Under the pieces are notes generated by a model. That model had not been told where the DNA came from and ran no database searches. It worked only from the letters and a program-made list of their open reading frames with translations. DNA of 64,000 bases from an uncultured Christensenella sp. GTDB lineage: Bacteria > Bacillota > Clostridia > Christensenellales > UBA1242. Both the position numbers and the translations under genes were made by a program. Below, one piece after another: positions 26,884-35,213 of the stretch (its first letter is position 1; every line of letters starts with the position of its first letter). Location of the stretch: assembly GCA_910584295.1 (NCBI GenBank), contig CAJTYR010000004.1:41496-105495 (forward strand). Direction: 5' to 3'.

Positions 26884-27611
26884 TTTTGAAGAAAACAGAA
26901 AGGTTGGAAGATTTGCAATGTGGCGGACTTAATATCATTCAAGATAAAGAGCTTTACACTTTTAGTTCGGATAGTGTTGTGCTGGCAAATTTTGTAAAAA
27001 CGAAAGCCAAAGATGTTGCGGTTGAGATTGGTGCTGGAAGCGGAGTGGTTTCAATTCTCGTTCAGGCAAAAAACAAGCTTGGTCACATTTTCTCTTTTGA
27101 AATTCAACCATGCATGGCAGAACTTTGTGAAAGAAATATTGCTTTGAACAATTTGCAAGAAAAAATTACACTTGTTGGGGACGATGTCAAAAATTTCAAA
27201 AAATACATCAGACCAGCGAGTGTTGATGTTGTCTTTTCTAATCCGCCATTTTTTAAGGAAACCAATTTTAAACAGAGCGAAGTGAAAAAGATTGCAAAAG
27301 AGGATGCCTGTTTGAAAGTTGAAACTTTGGCAGAGGTTGCTTCAAAAATGTTGAAAGAAGGCGGAAATTTCTTTTGTGTTTATTGTGCAGAGCGTGCGAT
27401 TGAACTTGCTTGTGAACTTCAAAAAAACAGATTAATTGTTAAAGAATTGTTTTTTACTGAAAATGGCAAAGGTGAAATCAATTTAGTGGTCGTCAAGGCG
27501 GTTAAAGGTGGTAAGCAAGGCGTAAAAATTTTGCCAAATTTGGTCAGAAATGATGCAGATGGAAAATACCTTGAGACTCTTCACACAAAGCATTTTTGTG
27601 AAGATAGCTGA
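26880..27611 (+). CDS. SAM-dependent N6-adenine methyltransferase (YabB/TrmN6-like)
   Basis: Motif I VEIGAGSGVVS and motif IV FSNPPFF. ATGA overlap with ricT. Same position as B. subtilis yabB after holB-yaaT. Confidence 0.8.
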   Translation: MILKKTERLEDLQCGGLNIIQDKELYTFSSDSVVLANFVKTKAKDVAVEIGAGSGVVSILVQAKNKLGHIFSFEIQPCMAELCERNIALNNLQEKITLVGDDVKNFKKYIRPASVDVVFSNPPFFKETNFKQSEVKKIAKEDACLKVETLAEVASKMLKEGGNFFCVYCAERAIELACELQKNRLIVKELFFTENGKGEINLVVVKAVKGGKQGVKILPNLVRNDADGKYLETLHTKHFCEDS

Positions 27612-27640
27612 GAAAAAAAGACTGGTTTTCCAGTCTATTT

Positions 27641-28147
27641 TTACATAATTTTGCATACAAGACAAGCAAGGATTGTCCCAACAAGAGAACAAAACAGTGC
27701 GACAGGAATGGCATAGAGCAGTTTTTTGACCTTGGTTTGAGAGATGTAGACTGTTGCGACGTAGAATATTGTTTCACTGCAACCCATAATGACACATGCA
27801 CAGCGAGAGATGTAACTGTCAGCACCATAAGTTGAGAAGATGTTTTCCAGAATCCCATAACTTCCACTTCCAGTGAATGGGCGAAGTAGGACAAGCTCAC
27901 AAAGTTCTTTGGGGATGCCTAATATGCGAAAGAAGGGCGACAAGATATTTCCAAGAAAATCTGTTATGCCACTCACTCTAAGAAGGGCAACTGCGATAAG
28001 AATTGAGGCTATGAATGGAAAAATGTCAACGACAAGTTGTATTGCGCCTTTTGCACCTTTTACAAAGTGGTCATAAGTGTTTATGCGCTTAAAAACACAG
28101 TAAACAAAAAGCAGGAGAAAAAGTACAGGAAGAATATATACACTCAT
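27641..28147 (-). CDS. spmB: spore maturation protein B-like (nucleoside-recognition membrane protein)
   Basis: 168-aa polytopic protein. FTGSGSYGILENIF and MGCSETIFYV resemble SpmB. 4-nt overlap with spmA. Confidence 0.8.
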   Translation of the reverse strand: MSVYILPVLFLLLFVYCVFKRINTYDHFVKGAKGAIQLVVDIFPFIASILIAVALLRVSGITDFLGNILSPFFRILGIPKELCELVLLRPFTGSGSYGILENIFSTYGADSYISRCACVIMGCSETIFYVATVYISQTKVKKLLYAIPVALFCSLVGTILACLVCKIM

Positions 28148-28725
28148 ACTTTTCTCCTCTTTTGATGTCTTCTTAATAATGCGTCAATCAGATGTACGAA
28201 GGCTATTCCAAGTGCTGTTGTGCAAAATGTTACAAGAAGAGTTGGCAATATGATGTCGGCTGGGGTGAGAGATCCGGCGCTTTGTCGAAGCCCAATGACA
28301 GTTGTTGGCAAGAGTTGGATTGATGTTGCGTTGACTACAATGAGCATAATCATTGCAAAGGTTGCTTTGCCAGACTTGTCGTCGAGAGCTTGCATGGATT
28401 TAATTCCCATAGGTGTGGCAGCATTGCCAAGTCCAAGCATATTTGCAGAAACATTCAGGGCGATGATTTTTTGGGTTTCCTTATCCTCCACTTTGAAAAT
28501 TTTTTTGATGAGAGGTCGCAAAATTTTTGCAAGTTTTTCAGCAAGCCCACTTGCTTCAACAAGTTCCATTATTCCCAGCCAAACCGCATAGATTGCGCAG
28601 AGTTCAATGCAAAGTTTCAATGCCTCGGCTGAAGCACCAATCATTTCTGAAAGCACTGCACTGGGATTTGTGATGAGAAGTGTTAAGATGCTTGAGAGCA
28701 TCATTATTGTCCAAAAAATGTTCAT
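28144..28725 (-). CDS. spmA: spore maturation protein A-like (nucleoside-recognition membrane protein)
   Basis: MNIFWTIMMLSS.. N-terminus resembles SpmA. Start moved to ATG 28725 because the ORF-track start (28767) lies inside the degV terminator hairpin. Confidence 0.75.
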   Translation of the reverse strand: MNIFWTIMMLSSILTLLITNPSAVLSEMIGASAEALKLCIELCAIYAVWLGIMELVEASGLAEKLAKILRPLIKKIFKVEDKETQKIIALNVSANMLGLGNAATPMGIKSMQALDDKSGKATFAMIMLIVVNATSIQLLPTTVIGLRQSAGSLTPADIILPTLLVTFCTTALGIAFVHLIDALLRRHQKRRKV

Positions 28726-28750
28726 AAGAAATTTTATGATTTTTGCCAAT

Positions 28751-28782
28751 AAAAAAGACCTCATCATAAAGTTGAGAGGTCG
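28751..28782 (-). terminator. rho-independent terminator after degV (minus strand)
   Basis: On the minus strand GACCTC (28781-76), 13-nt loop, GAGGTC (28762-57), followed by TTTTTT (plus-strand A-run 28751-56). Confidence 0.7.
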
Positions 28783-28804
28783 TTTAATAGTTTAAAAAGG
28801 GGTA

Positions 28805-29632
28805 CTATTTCTCGAAATAAACAACTCCAACACAGCTTGGACCAGCATGTGTGCCAATGACTGGGCCAACAACACTTGTGTCATCAGAGTTTATTCCAAG
28901 TTGCTTACATGTTTTTTTCAACATATTAAGTTTGACTAGGTCATTTGAGTGTCCAAAATATATTGGTTTTGATTTGTCAATATTTTGAATTTGTTTTATG
29001 AGATTTTTTATGGCGTTTCCTGTGCCTATACCTTTTGCAACCACATCCAGTTTGCCATCTTTAAGTGTGACAATTGGTTTGATGTTGAGTGCTGTCACTG
29101 CAATTCCTTTCATCAAAGAAAGTCGTCCACCCTTAATAAGGTATTTGACATTGTCAACAGCGGCAAGAAGTTTGACTTTTGTGCAAAGAATCTCCATATT
29201 TTCTTTCAACTCTTTGACATCGTTGCATATTTTTGAAAGCTTTACTGCTTCAACAACCAAAGCCTTATATGCAAATGTGACGCTCTGTGTGTCCAAAATT
29301 TCTAATTTTGAAGAGTTGATTTCATTACATGCTTTTTGAAGATTTTCATATGAGCCAGAAAGTTTACTTGACAGACACATCACAAAAACTTGCTCATTCT
29401 TTTTCAAAGCATCGCTCAAAATTTCTTCATATTCAAACTCAGTGATCAAGGAGGTTTGAGGAAGCTTCTTGCAAGTTTCAAGTTTTTGATAAAACTCTTC
29501 TGCAAAAAGATTCTTTCCAGAAACATATTCTTCTCCATCAATTAATACTTTCATTGGAATGATTTGCACACCAAGTTTTTGCGCTTCATTATTTGTTAAA
29601 TCACAGGTGCTGTCGGCAATAATTTTTATCAT
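28805..29632 (-). CDS. DegV family fatty-acid-binding protein
   Basis: MIKIIADSTCDL N-terminus, 275 aa, typical DegV length and pattern. AAGGAAG SD. Confidence 0.9.
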   Translation of the reverse strand: MIKIIADSTCDLTNNEAQKLGVQIIPMKVLIDGEEYVSGKNLFAEEFYQKLETCKKLPQTSLITEFEYEEILSDALKKNEQVFVMCLSSKLSGSYENLQKACNEINSSKLEILDTQSVTFAYKALVVEAVKLSKICNDVKELKENMEILCTKVKLLAAVDNVKYLIKGGRLSLMKGIAVTALNIKPIVTLKDGKLDVVAKGIGTGNAIKNLIKQIQNIDKSKPIYFGHSNDLVKLNMLKKTCKQLGINSDDTSVVGPVIGTHAGPSCVGVVYFEK

Positions 29633-29671
29633 TTTAATTTCTTCCTTTTCTTGCTTTTTGCTTTTTGTTTG

Positions 29672-29687
29672 TGTTACACTTGTAACA
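29672..29687. promoter_or_regulatory. 7-2-7 inverted repeat, candidate TetR operator in the degV/tetR divergent region
   Basis: TGTTACA-ct-TGTAACA, a perfect palindrome between the divergent degV and the TetR-family gene. Confidence 0.5.
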
Positions 29688-29767
29688 GTAATAAGTCTAC
29701 CAAATTTTTATTAAAGAAAAAAGAGGAAAATGTGAATTTGGCAAGAAGTGTGACATATGGAGGAAAA

Positions 29768-30328
29768 ATGTATCAGCAAACATCAAGAAAAAACAAAACA
29801 AACATCTTTGTGAGAGAATGTATCACGCAATCTCTTTTCAAACTTCTTGAAAAGAAGGATTTTGAGTGCATTTCAATCACTGACATCATCACCAAAGCGG
29901 GTGTAAGCAGAATGGGATTCTATCGCAACTACTCCAGCAAAGAGGATGTCATTGAAAGTTATATTTTGGATCTTTTTGTTCAAACTGTGGATGAAATTCA
30001 AAGAGAGCGAGCGTTGTCGTTTAAGGTGAAAAACATCATGGTTACAACTCTTGAAACTTTCAAAAAATATTCCGATCAAATAAAACTTTTCTTAGATCGA
30101 AATTTGGATTGGCTTTTGTTTAGATGCTATTCCAAGGCGTTTGATTTCTTGGCACAAAACAAAAAACCTTCAAGGGTACGTGAGTATTCAAATCAAATGT
30201 TTGTGGGAGAGTTGTTTAATTTTGAGATGAGTTGGCTTAGAAATGGAATGAAAGAAACTCCAGAGCAGATGGCAAGGATATATTATTACATTTTGCAAAG
30301 ACGATTGAATATCAAAAATTTTATTTAA
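29768..30328 (+). CDS. TetR/AcrR family transcriptional regulator
   Basis: N-terminal HTH ISITDIITKAGVSRMGFYRNYSSKEDV. Start set at ATG 29768 after the GGAGG SD (the ORF-track extension lacks an SD). Confidence 0.85.
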   Translation: MYQQTSRKNKTNIFVRECITQSLFKLLEKKDFECISITDIITKAGVSRMGFYRNYSSKEDVIESYILDLFVQTVDEIQRERALSFKVKNIMVTTLETFKKYSDQIKLFLDRNLDWLLFRCYSKAFDFLAQNKKPSRVREYSNQMFVGELFNFEMSWLRNGMKETPEQMARIYYYILQRRLNIKNFI

Positions 30329-30340
30329 TCATTGTATTTA

Positions 30341-30369
30341 TTGATTATTTGAAGGGAGTTTGATATAAT
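30341..30369 (+). promoter_or_regulatory. promoter of tatD placed for a leaderless transcript
   Basis: TTGATT (30341-46), 17 nt, TGa-TATAAT (30361-69), then exactly 6 nt (ttttat) to ATG 30376. Confidence 0.55.
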
Positions 30370-30375
30370 TTTTAT

Positions 30376-31146
30376 ATGAATTTAACGAAATATGTAGATG
30401 TACACAGTCATATAACTGATGATCGATATGAAGATGTTGGCTCAGTGATTGAAAGAGCAAAAGAGGCAGGGGTGGAACAAATAATTTGTTCTGCTTACAA
30501 TTTTTATTCCTCTCTGGAGGCAATTAAACTTTCACAAAAGTATGATAATGTCTTTGCAAATGCGGGGATTCATCCAGAAAACACAAACGAAATTGAAGAA
30601 GATACTTTGATTTTGATTGAAGAACTTGCAAAGGAAGAAAAGGTTGTTGCAATTGGTGAAATTGGGTTGGATTTTCATAGAGAGGGGTTCAATAAAGAGT
30701 TGCAGAAAAAATATTTTAAAAGTCAAATCGAACTTGCAAACAGAGTGAAAAAACCTATTGTAGTTCATAGCAGGGAAGCAATGGGTGAGACAATTGAGAT
30801 TTTAAAAAATAATCCTGTTTGCAAAGAAAGTGTCATCCATTGTTTTTCAGGAAGTGTGGAGAGTGCCAAAATTTTGCTTGAGCTTGGATTTTCTTTTTCA
30901 ATTGGTGGCGTTGTGACTTTTAAAAATGCAAAAACCTTGCCAGAAGTTGTCAAGTTTTTACCAATAGAAAAAATTTTGCTTGAGACAGATTGCCCATATA
31001 TGGCTCCAGTTCCATTTAGAGGAAAGACAAACGAGCCAAAAAATGTTGTGTATGTTGCAGATGAAATTGCAAGGCTTAAAGGCATGAGCATTGAAAATGT
31101 GGCGTTTTTTACAACAAAAAACGCAAAGAGGATTTTTGGAATATGA
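30376..31146 (+). CDS. tatD: TatD family metal-dependent hydrolase/DNase
   Basis: VDVHSHI, GEIGLDFH, VVHSREA, HCFSGS and ETDCPYM motifs. 256 aa. Confidence 0.9.
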   Translation: MNLTKYVDVHSHITDDRYEDVGSVIERAKEAGVEQIICSAYNFYSSLEAIKLSQKYDNVFANAGIHPENTNEIEEDTLILIEELAKEEKVVAIGEIGLDFHREGFNKELQKKYFKSQIELANRVKKPIVVHSREAMGETIEILKNNPVCKESVIHCFSGSVESAKILLELGFSFSIGGVVTFKNAKTLPEVVKFLPIEKILLETDCPYMAPVPFRGKTNEPKNVVYVADEIARLKGMSIENVAFFTTKNAKRIFGI

Positions 31147-31943
31147 AAAATTTTGTTTTTAAGAAGAAGTATGGACAGAATTTCTTGAGTGATAAGAATT
31201 TACTTAAAGCTATTTGCACAGATGCTGGTGTCGACAAAGCAAGTGAAGTCTTGGAAATTGGAGCAGGTGCTGGCAGTTTGACCGAAGTTTTGAGTGAATT
31301 CGCAAAGAAGGTTGTTTCTTTTGAGATTGATAAAGATCTTCAAGAACAGCTGTTGGGGCTTGGGCTTTCAAATGTGGAGTTTGTCTTTGAAGATTTCATG
31401 AAAAAAAGTATGGAAGATGTTGAAAAACTTTTTGAAGCAGAATTTAAAGTTGTTGCCAATTTGCCTTATTACATCACAACTCCAATCATTTTCAAACTTT
31501 TGGAAGAGAGTGACAAAGTGAAAAGTTTGACAATTATGGTACAAAAAGAAGTTGCAGAAAAAATTGTCTCAAAAGTGGGAGACAAAGATTATGGAATCCC
31601 CACTGTTATGACGGCATTTTATGGTCAGGCAAAAATAACAAGAATTGTTGGCCGTCAAATGTTTTTTCCTGCTCCAAATGTGGATTCTGCAATTTTGCAC
31701 ATTGAAATTGAGAAAGACAAATTTGAGAGGGTTGATAAAAAGCAATTTTCACGCTTTGTCAAAGCTTGCTTTTCTATGAGAAGAAAAACTCTTCTCAACA
31801 ATTTGGGGGCGCTTTATAATAAGGAAAAACTTAAAGCGACATTGGGCGAAGAAGTGCTTGCAAGAAGAGCCGAAAGTTTTTCTCTTGAAGAATTTGTTGA
31901 GCTTTTTGAAGAATGTCAAATCATGTCCAACACAAATAAATAG
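31143..31943 (+). CDS. rsmA: 16S rRNA (adenine1518/1519-N6)-dimethyltransferase
   Basis: YGQNFL, EIGAGAGSLT and NLPYYITTPI motifs. ATGA overlap with tatD. Confidence 0.93.
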   Translation: MKNFVFKKKYGQNFLSDKNLLKAICTDAGVDKASEVLEIGAGAGSLTEVLSEFAKKVVSFEIDKDLQEQLLGLGLSNVEFVFEDFMKKSMEDVEKLFEAEFKVVANLPYYITTPIIFKLLEESDKVKSLTIMVQKEVAEKIVSKVGDKDYGIPTVMTAFYGQAKITRIVGRQMFFPAPNVDSAILHIEIEKDKFERVDKKQFSRFVKACFSMRRKTLLNNLGALYNKEKLKATLGEEVLARRAESFSLEEFVELFEECQIMSNTNK

Positions 31944-31963
31944 AAAAAATAATATAAAATTAT

Positions 31964-32146
31964 ATGGAAAACAAATGCGATGATGAAAAGATGATTTTGC
32001 TTGCGACTTCAATTGCAATGGAACTTGCAAAGGGGCTGGATGTGGATGAGTTGGAAGATTTGAGAAATTTTGTCAATCAAATCGCTTGTTCTGTCTCAAA
32101 CCTCATCACAAGAAGATATTGCGTTTTGAAAAAGAAAAAAGACTGA
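31964..32146 (+). CDS. small hypothetical protein (60 aa)
   Basis: ORF fills the rsmA-rplI gap. ILLATSIAMELAKGLDVDELEDLRNFVNQIA resembles small clostridial proteins with pattern IA..LAKGL..DEL..L..F..Q (recalled from memory, not searched). No clear SD. Stop codon lies inside the terminator stem. Confidence 0.35.
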   Translation: MENKCDDEKMILLATSIAMELAKGLDVDELEDLRNFVNQIACSVSNLITRRYCVLKKKKD

Positions 32147-32162
32147 AATTTCAGTCTTTTTT
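32135..32162. terminator. bidirectional terminator between the small ORF and rplI
   Basis: Perfect 14+14 palindrome AAAAAAGACTGAAA/TTTCAGTCTTTTTT, with A/T runs on both sides. Confidence 0.8.
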
Positions 32163-32605
32163 TATTCCGCTTCAACAACCACATTAAATTTTGCAGTGAT
32201 TTCTGGGTATACTTTTGCAACCGCAATAAAACTGCCAGAATTTTTGATTGCATCTTTGAGTTCGATTTTCTTTTTGTCAAGATTAATTCCAATTTTTGCA
32301 AGTTCGTCTGAGATTTCTTTGCTTGTCACAGAGCCGAAGGTTTTTCCATTACTTCCGCACTTAATTTTAAAATACACAGTTTTTCCTTCAATTCTTTTTG
32401 CAAGTTCTTTTGCTGCCAAAATTTCTTGTTGTTTGTGAAACTTGGCTGCATCGCCTTTTATTTTATTTTCACTTATTGCACTGTTGTCTGCAATTTTTGC
32501 ACTTCCATTTTTAAAAAGAAAATTCTTTGCAAAGCCATCAGAAACTTCTTTGATTTCTCCTTTTTTTCCTGTACCTTTGACATCTTTGAGTAAAACTACT
32601 TTCAT
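32162..32605 (-). CDS. rplI: 50S ribosomal protein L9
   Basis: [31 protein letters not shown]-terminus. AGAGG SD. Start set at the ATG (the track's GTG is 2 codons upstream). Confidence 0.93.
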   Translation of the reverse strand: MKVVLLKDVKGTGKKGEIKEVSDGFAKNFLFKNGSAKIADNSAISENKIKGDAAKFHKQQEILAAKELAKRIEGKTVYFKIKCGSNGKTFGSVTSKEISDELAKIGINLDKKKIELKDAIKNSGSFIAVAKVYPEITAKFNVVVEAE

Positions 32606-32687
32606 ATTCACCTCTTAACGAAATTAGTTTACAACAAAGAAGTTTGATTTGTCAAGGTTTGGGAAATATTTATGCAAGGAGAATGAT

Positions 32688-33002
32688 ATGGATATTAGAT
32701 GCAGAAAGACACTTTGCAAATTTAATGAGGGCTACACTTGCAAAGCAAAGGGAATTTTAATAAAAAAAAGTTGTGAGTGTGAGCAATATGACAAAAATGT
32801 TGGCAAACAAGTTTTGGACAAAACCCAACTGATATTTTCAGACAATCCGCCAAAGTATGCACCACAAAGAGATTCCAAAACAATTGAAATTGGGTGTAAT
32901 GCACATTGTCTTTTTAATCAAGAGGGGAAATGTGTTGCAAATGGAATCACTTTGAATGATATCAAAGAGAAACCTTTGTGTGTCACCTTTTTGAGAAAAT
33001 AA
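32688..33002 (+). CDS. Cys-rich small protein with two DUF1540-like repeats
   Basis: MDIRCRKTLCKFNEGYTCKAKGILI and IGCNAHCLFNQEGKCVANGITL both fit the C..C......C.A..I pattern. AAGGAG SD before ATG 32688. Confidence 0.7.
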   Translation: MDIRCRKTLCKFNEGYTCKAKGILIKKSCECEQYDKNVGKQVLDKTQLIFSDNPPKYAPQRDSKTIEIGCNAHCLFNQEGKCVANGITLNDIKEKPLCVTFLRK

Positions 33003-33024
33003 AAATTCGACACGAAAAAAAGTG

Positions 33025-33053
33025 TTGCAAATGAAGAAATAGTATTGTATAAT
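33025..33053 (+). promoter_or_regulatory. promoter placed for a leaderless transcript of the 451-aa orphan gene
   Basis: TTGCAA (33025-30), 17 nt, TATAAT (33048-53), then exactly 6 nt (acggac) to ATG 33060. A-rich tract upstream of the -35. No SD. Confidence 0.55.
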
Positions 33054-33059
33054 ACGGAC

Positions 33060-34415
33060 ATGGACAAGAAGAAAAAAGAAAAGTTAGGTCTTCAGGCTGA
33101 GAATGGCGAAAAGCAACAAAAACTTGACCCAAAGCTTGAGAGGCTTAAAAAAGAGTTTTTGGAGGTTTCTCAATTTCAAACAAAAAGAGAAAATCTTTTG
33201 CTTGGAGAATATGACTCCAAAGGAAAATACGCCCTCACTGATGATGTCTTGATGCAGGATTTGGTTTCAATGCCAAAAGTGCTTCAGGAGAGAGTTGACA
33301 ATGTTGTGTATGCATACACAAAATATAAAGAATATAACCTTAATTTCAGAATAAATTTGGACATTTCAGAGTCTTATTGCTCAGCAGAAATGTTTTTGAT
33401 TGAGATTGAACATGGTCTTGAAGAAGATATTAAACACCTTACTTCGCTTGGAAATTTGGTTGAATTGTATTCTCCAAGTTTCAAAGAGAATGTCTACAAA
33501 GTGTGGAACATCAATTTGCAGGAGACTCCTCTTGACAAAGATGATGTCGTTTTCAAAAATATGAAGGAGATGGAAGGCGAACTCAACTTCAGCAAAGAGT
33601 TGATTGAAATTTTGTCTCAACTTTATATTGTTCGTCTGCTCAAACTTTTGGACAAGTGTGGAACGCTTGGGCTTAAAGTTCAAGGGGACTATCGCGCTCT
33701 TGTTGAAGAACTTATCAGAAAAGATCCATCACTTGCACAAGACCACACAAGACTTAAACAAATTCTTGACAAAATGATTATTAAATATAATGGACTTGAC
33801 AACATATTGAGAATGCCTGAAGGTCCTGAAATTTTGAGAAACTTTTCAGAGCCAATTGATCGCGTTAGAGGAAAACTTGCTCCAGTGCTTGTTGAAGACG
33901 GGGCATTGGAAGAAAAGAAGCCTGAAGTAAAAACAGCATCAAAACCTGCTGCAAAAAAGAAAAAGGCAAAAAGCAAAGGTGGCGACAGCATCAAGCCTTT
34001 TGTGTATGACTATAAAAATTACAAACCTGCAGTTTTGGCAACAACCGAAGAAATAGTAAAGGTTTTACCATCAAAAGAAAATGCTCTTCCAACAGAACCT
34101 ACAGCACAAAGAGGTAGAACGCCAGTGCAAAACCCGATTGCTCCACCGCCAGAGATACCAGCGGAAGAAATGCAAGAAGGAAAAACGCAAGATGCAGAGG
34201 TTGTTCAACAAAACCTAAGCCGTGCGGGAGCTGCGGCTCAAATGGTGGAAGATGAATTAAATGATGAAATAGAAAATTTTGAAGAAGATGAAGAAGAAAA
34301 AGAAGAAGCGGCAGAATTTGATGCTGAAGATGAAGAAGAAAAAGCGGCAGATTTTGATGAAAAGCCTACTACTAAATCAAGAGATTTGGGTGGCAGAACA
34401 ACTGAATTTAGATAA
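33060..34415 (+). CDS. hypothetical protein, ~290-aa folded N-region plus long charged low-complexity tail
   Basis: 451 aa from ATG 33060 (the track's TTG start lies inside the -10 box). No TM or signal peptide. Tail has a basic patch AAKKKKAKSK, then a Pro-rich stretch, then acidic EEDEEEKEEAAEFDAEDEEEKAADFDE encoded by an imperfect tandem DNA repeat at 34287-34359. Confidence 0.75.
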   Translation: MDKKKKEKLGLQAENGEKQQKLDPKLERLKKEFLEVSQFQTKRENLLLGEYDSKGKYALTDDVLMQDLVSMPKVLQERVDNVVYAYTKYKEYNLNFRINLDISESYCSAEMFLIEIEHGLEEDIKHLTSLGNLVELYSPSFKENVYKVWNINLQETPLDKDDVVFKNMKEMEGELNFSKELIEILSQLYIVRLLKLLDKCGTLGLKVQGDYRALVEELIRKDPSLAQDHTRLKQILDKMIIKYNGLDNILRMPEGPEILRNFSEPIDRVRGKLAPVLVEDGALEEKKPEVKTASKPAAKKKKAKSKGGDSIKPFVYDYKNYKPAVLATTEEIVKVLPSKENALPTEPTAQRGRTPVQNPIAPPPEIPAEEMQEGKTQDAEVVQQNLSRAGAAAQMVEDELNDEIENFEEDEEEKEEAAEFDAEDEEEKAADFDEKPTTKSRDLGGRTTEFR

Positions 34416-34441
34416 AAAAATGATGCAAATGCATCATTTTT
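34416..34441. terminator. bidirectional terminator between convergent orphan genes
   Basis: TGATGCA-aa-TGCATCA (34421-36), flanked by an A-run and a T-run. Both stop codons abut it. Confidence 0.75.
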
Positions 34442-35076
34442 TATTTTCCACCTTTGCCACCAAAAGATTTTTCAACTTCTTTAGTGACTCTTTCCATATG
34501 ATTTTTCGAACGAGCTAAAGGAACAATTTTGTCTTTTTCTTCAAGTAGAGCATTTAATCTTTGTGCTTCTTTATAGTTGTGGGCAATACATTCTTTTATT
34601 ACTGATGAAAATTCAACCCTTAAACTTGTTGCTTCAGTTGGATTTTGAATTACTACTTTTCCTCCAGCATTTCTTGTGATATCTATTTTATCAAATTTTT
34701 CTTTAAAGTATTCAAAATCGGGAGAGATGAATAATCCTCCACTTGCCTTTATATCAGTGGCCATACTCACAAATTGGTCATACATTGCAATCCAGTCAAG
34801 TTTAAATAATTCTCTATCTTCATCAGGTGTTTTTGTATCCTTGTATGAATATTCCACAGATTCTGGACTGCACATTGCTTCATAAAATGGACCTTTAGGA
34901 GACATCATTTTTTTTATTTGAGTCACATCATATTTGAAATCATTCCATTCTACAATTTCTTCCAATCCATCTTGAGTAAATTTATATGGACCATCTGTAG
35001 TATATCTAGGTGTCTTAAGCTGATATGAAGAATTTATATTAAGTTCGGACAATCTTGCTTTCAATGTCTTTGCCAT
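34441..35076 (-). CDS. hypothetical cytoplasmic protein (211 aa)
   Basis: AAGGAG SD with a near-consensus promoter upstream. No TM or signal peptide. C-terminal GGKGGK. No family recognised. Confidence 0.75.
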   Translation of the reverse strand: MAKTLKARLSELNINSSYQLKTPRYTTDGPYKFTQDGLEEIVEWNDFKYDVTQIKKMMSPKGPFYEAMCSPESVEYSYKDTKTPDEDRELFKLDWIAMYDQFVSMATDIKASGGLFISPDFEYFKEKFDKIDITRNAGGKVVIQNPTEATSLRVEFSSVIKECIAHNYKEAQRLNALLEEKDKIVPLARSKNHMERVTKEVEKSFGGKGGK

Positions 35077-35110
35077 AGGTTTTTCTCCTTTTGTTCATCT
35101 AGTTGGCTTT

Positions 35111-35156
35111 ATTATAGCACTAAATTTAGCGTTTGTAAATACCCTTTTTGAAAATT
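35111..35156 (-). promoter_or_regulatory. promoter plus conserved upstream element (copy 1) of the 211-aa gene
   Basis: Minus strand reads AATTTTCAAAAAGGGTATTTACAAACGC (35156-35129) containing -35 TTTACA (35139-34), 17 nt, TATAAT (35116-11). 27/28 identical to 44686-44713. Confidence 0.7.
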
Positions 35157-35213
35157 TTTGGTGCATAAATGCATTTACTTTTGGCACTCTATTTAAGAAG
35201 AAGTGAGGCTTTT

